From: Lepidodermella squamata
Lineage: Eukaryota > Animalia > Gastrotricha
DNA: 64,000 bases
Reading direction: 5' to 3'
Assembly (NCBI GenBank): GCA_047495785.1
Contig: JBLDXI010000021.1
Location: 2,170,001 to 2,234,000 of the forward strand
A model generated the notes under the pieces. The model did not search any database, was not told where the DNA came from, and saw only the letters and a list, made by a program, of their open reading frames with translations. Position numbers and translations under genes: made by a program. Of the stretch, positions 62,962 through 64,000 are shown piece after piece. The stretch's first letter is position 1. Every line of letters begins with the position of its first letter.

Positions 62962-63999
62962 TTATGAAGTTTTTTCCTTGATGCGGTCCAGTTCGCATAC
63001 GAGACGCCCAAATTGCGGAGTTAAAAATGTTTTATCCAATACTTTTGAGGAGAACAAGCCGTGAAACATGGCGTACCGTTTTTCGGAGTAGTTACAACCG
63101 AGTTGAGCCCACTCTATAGCAGTAAAGCCACTTGTTTCAAAGTTGCTGACGTATCGCCAGTTTTTCATAACGTCAGCTAGCCACCCCGTAGCTGATGGTG
63201 TGCAGTATCCAGGTTCAGGAATTTCACACGGCCTGGAAAACATGTTTTCCCAGAATGAAGGCCTCATTCTCCTTGTTTTCACGTCATCGAAAATCTCCCA
63301 TGTGATTGCAAGGGTCTTGGTTAAATAATTATCAACAAAACCGTCCAAATCGCGAACAACATCACTCCATCGTTCAACTGCTGTTATGACAGATTTCCAA
63401 TCGTCCTCATTGCCTTCGAGACGGACAGCTGGAATCCCGCAGCGAGAGCTCACCTTGAAGTCGTAGAATGGCTCGGCAGACTTGCTAAAACACGCTAGTC
63501 TAGCTTCAGTAGACAAAGCGTTATCAGTTGAAAATTCTGGCATTAAGTCGCAAATGATCTGATCAGGCAATTTTTTCGTCAATTCGTCGAAAATCAGCGG
63601 TAAAGATGGGTTTTCGTCTGCTACGTGAATAACTCGCCTATCAAAAAAGTACTCGGGCTTCTCAATGCCCAAAATCGGCATAATCAGTTGCCAATTTTCG
63701 GTTATAAAATGTGATAAATTGTTCAAAATGACAAAATAGTACCAGTCGGGTCTGATGACGACGCCGTAATGAAGAGCCCAAGCTGTATCCATGTAATCAA
63801 GTGGTGACTTGTGGTAGAAAACTGTGCTAGTTATTCCAGGCCGAGGTATTGTTTGAGCTACGACCTTACCCGGTCGAAATCGACTGAAAATCGCGCTATC
63901 AAGCTGCTGACGGCCTCGACTCGTGTCTTTACTAGACATCACAAGCTGAAGTAGTTCGTCATGGCTCAGTAAACTCGACTTTGATTCAAGAGGTGTCAA
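62962..63999 (-). CDS. DUF4419-family protein (5' end probably beyond the window)
   Basis: TAWALHYGVVIRPDWYYFVIL..LSHFITEN, LMPEFST, CGIPAVRLEGNEDDW, FW..MF and TGWL match DUF4419 motifs; >1 kb uninterrupted ORF. Confidence 0.75.
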   Translation of the reverse strand: MTPLESKSSLLSHDELLQLVMSSKDTSRGRQQLDSAIFSRFRPGKVVAQTIPRPGITSTVFYHKSPLDYMDTAWALHYGVVIRPDWYYFVILNNLSHFITENWQLIMPILGIEKPEYFFDRRVIHVADENPSLPLIFDELTKKLPDQIICDLMPEFSTDNALSTEARLACFSKSAEPFYDFKVSSRCGIPAVRLEGNEDDWKSVITAVERWSDVVRDLDGFVDNYLTKTLAITWEIFDDVKTRRMRPSFWENMFSRPCEIPEPGYCTPSATGWLADVMKNWRYVSNFETSGFTAIEWAQLGCNYSEKRYAMFHGLFSSKVLDKTFLTPQFGRLVCELDRIKEKTS

Positions 64000-64000
64000 A

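Noticed and set aside
1-64000. tRNA, rRNA, SL RNA, CRISPR or prokaryotic defence systems
   Set aside because: None recognisable by eye; the window is intron-containing animal DNA. tRNAscan-SE and Infernal were not run.

Overview
Gene-dense window of a compact invertebrate (bilaterian) nuclear genome with mostly short (~50-60 nt) GT-AG introns; the organism cannot be named from the sequence. Genes, left to right: GLE1 (-, terminal exon not found), HemK/PrmC methyltransferase (-), clueless/CLUH (+), M17 leucyl aminopeptidase with a +1 frameshift (-), CASC3/Barentsz (+), alpha2-adrenergic/octopamine-like GPCR (-), Slit (-), a single-Ig type I membrane protein (-), an orphan secreted prepropeptide (-), three tandem M13 neprilysin/ECE peptidases (+) interleaved with a small orphan membrane protein (+) and an OTUD3-like pseudo-deubiquitinase (-), and an intronless DUF4419 gene (-). 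Mobile DNA: a CR1/L2 reverse transcriptase fossil, three TA-flanked MITEs and a decayed hAT-like element in a clu intron. The most notable observations are: an apparent HemK-GLE1 operon with splice acceptors just upstream of start codons (possible SL trans-splicing), an OTU protein lacking both catalytic residues, the furin-processed orphan peptide next to the neprilysin array, a ~200-aa ECL2 in an aminergic receptor, and a possibly horizontally acquired DUF4419. All exon models and family calls were made by eye from remembered family motifs; no database search was run.
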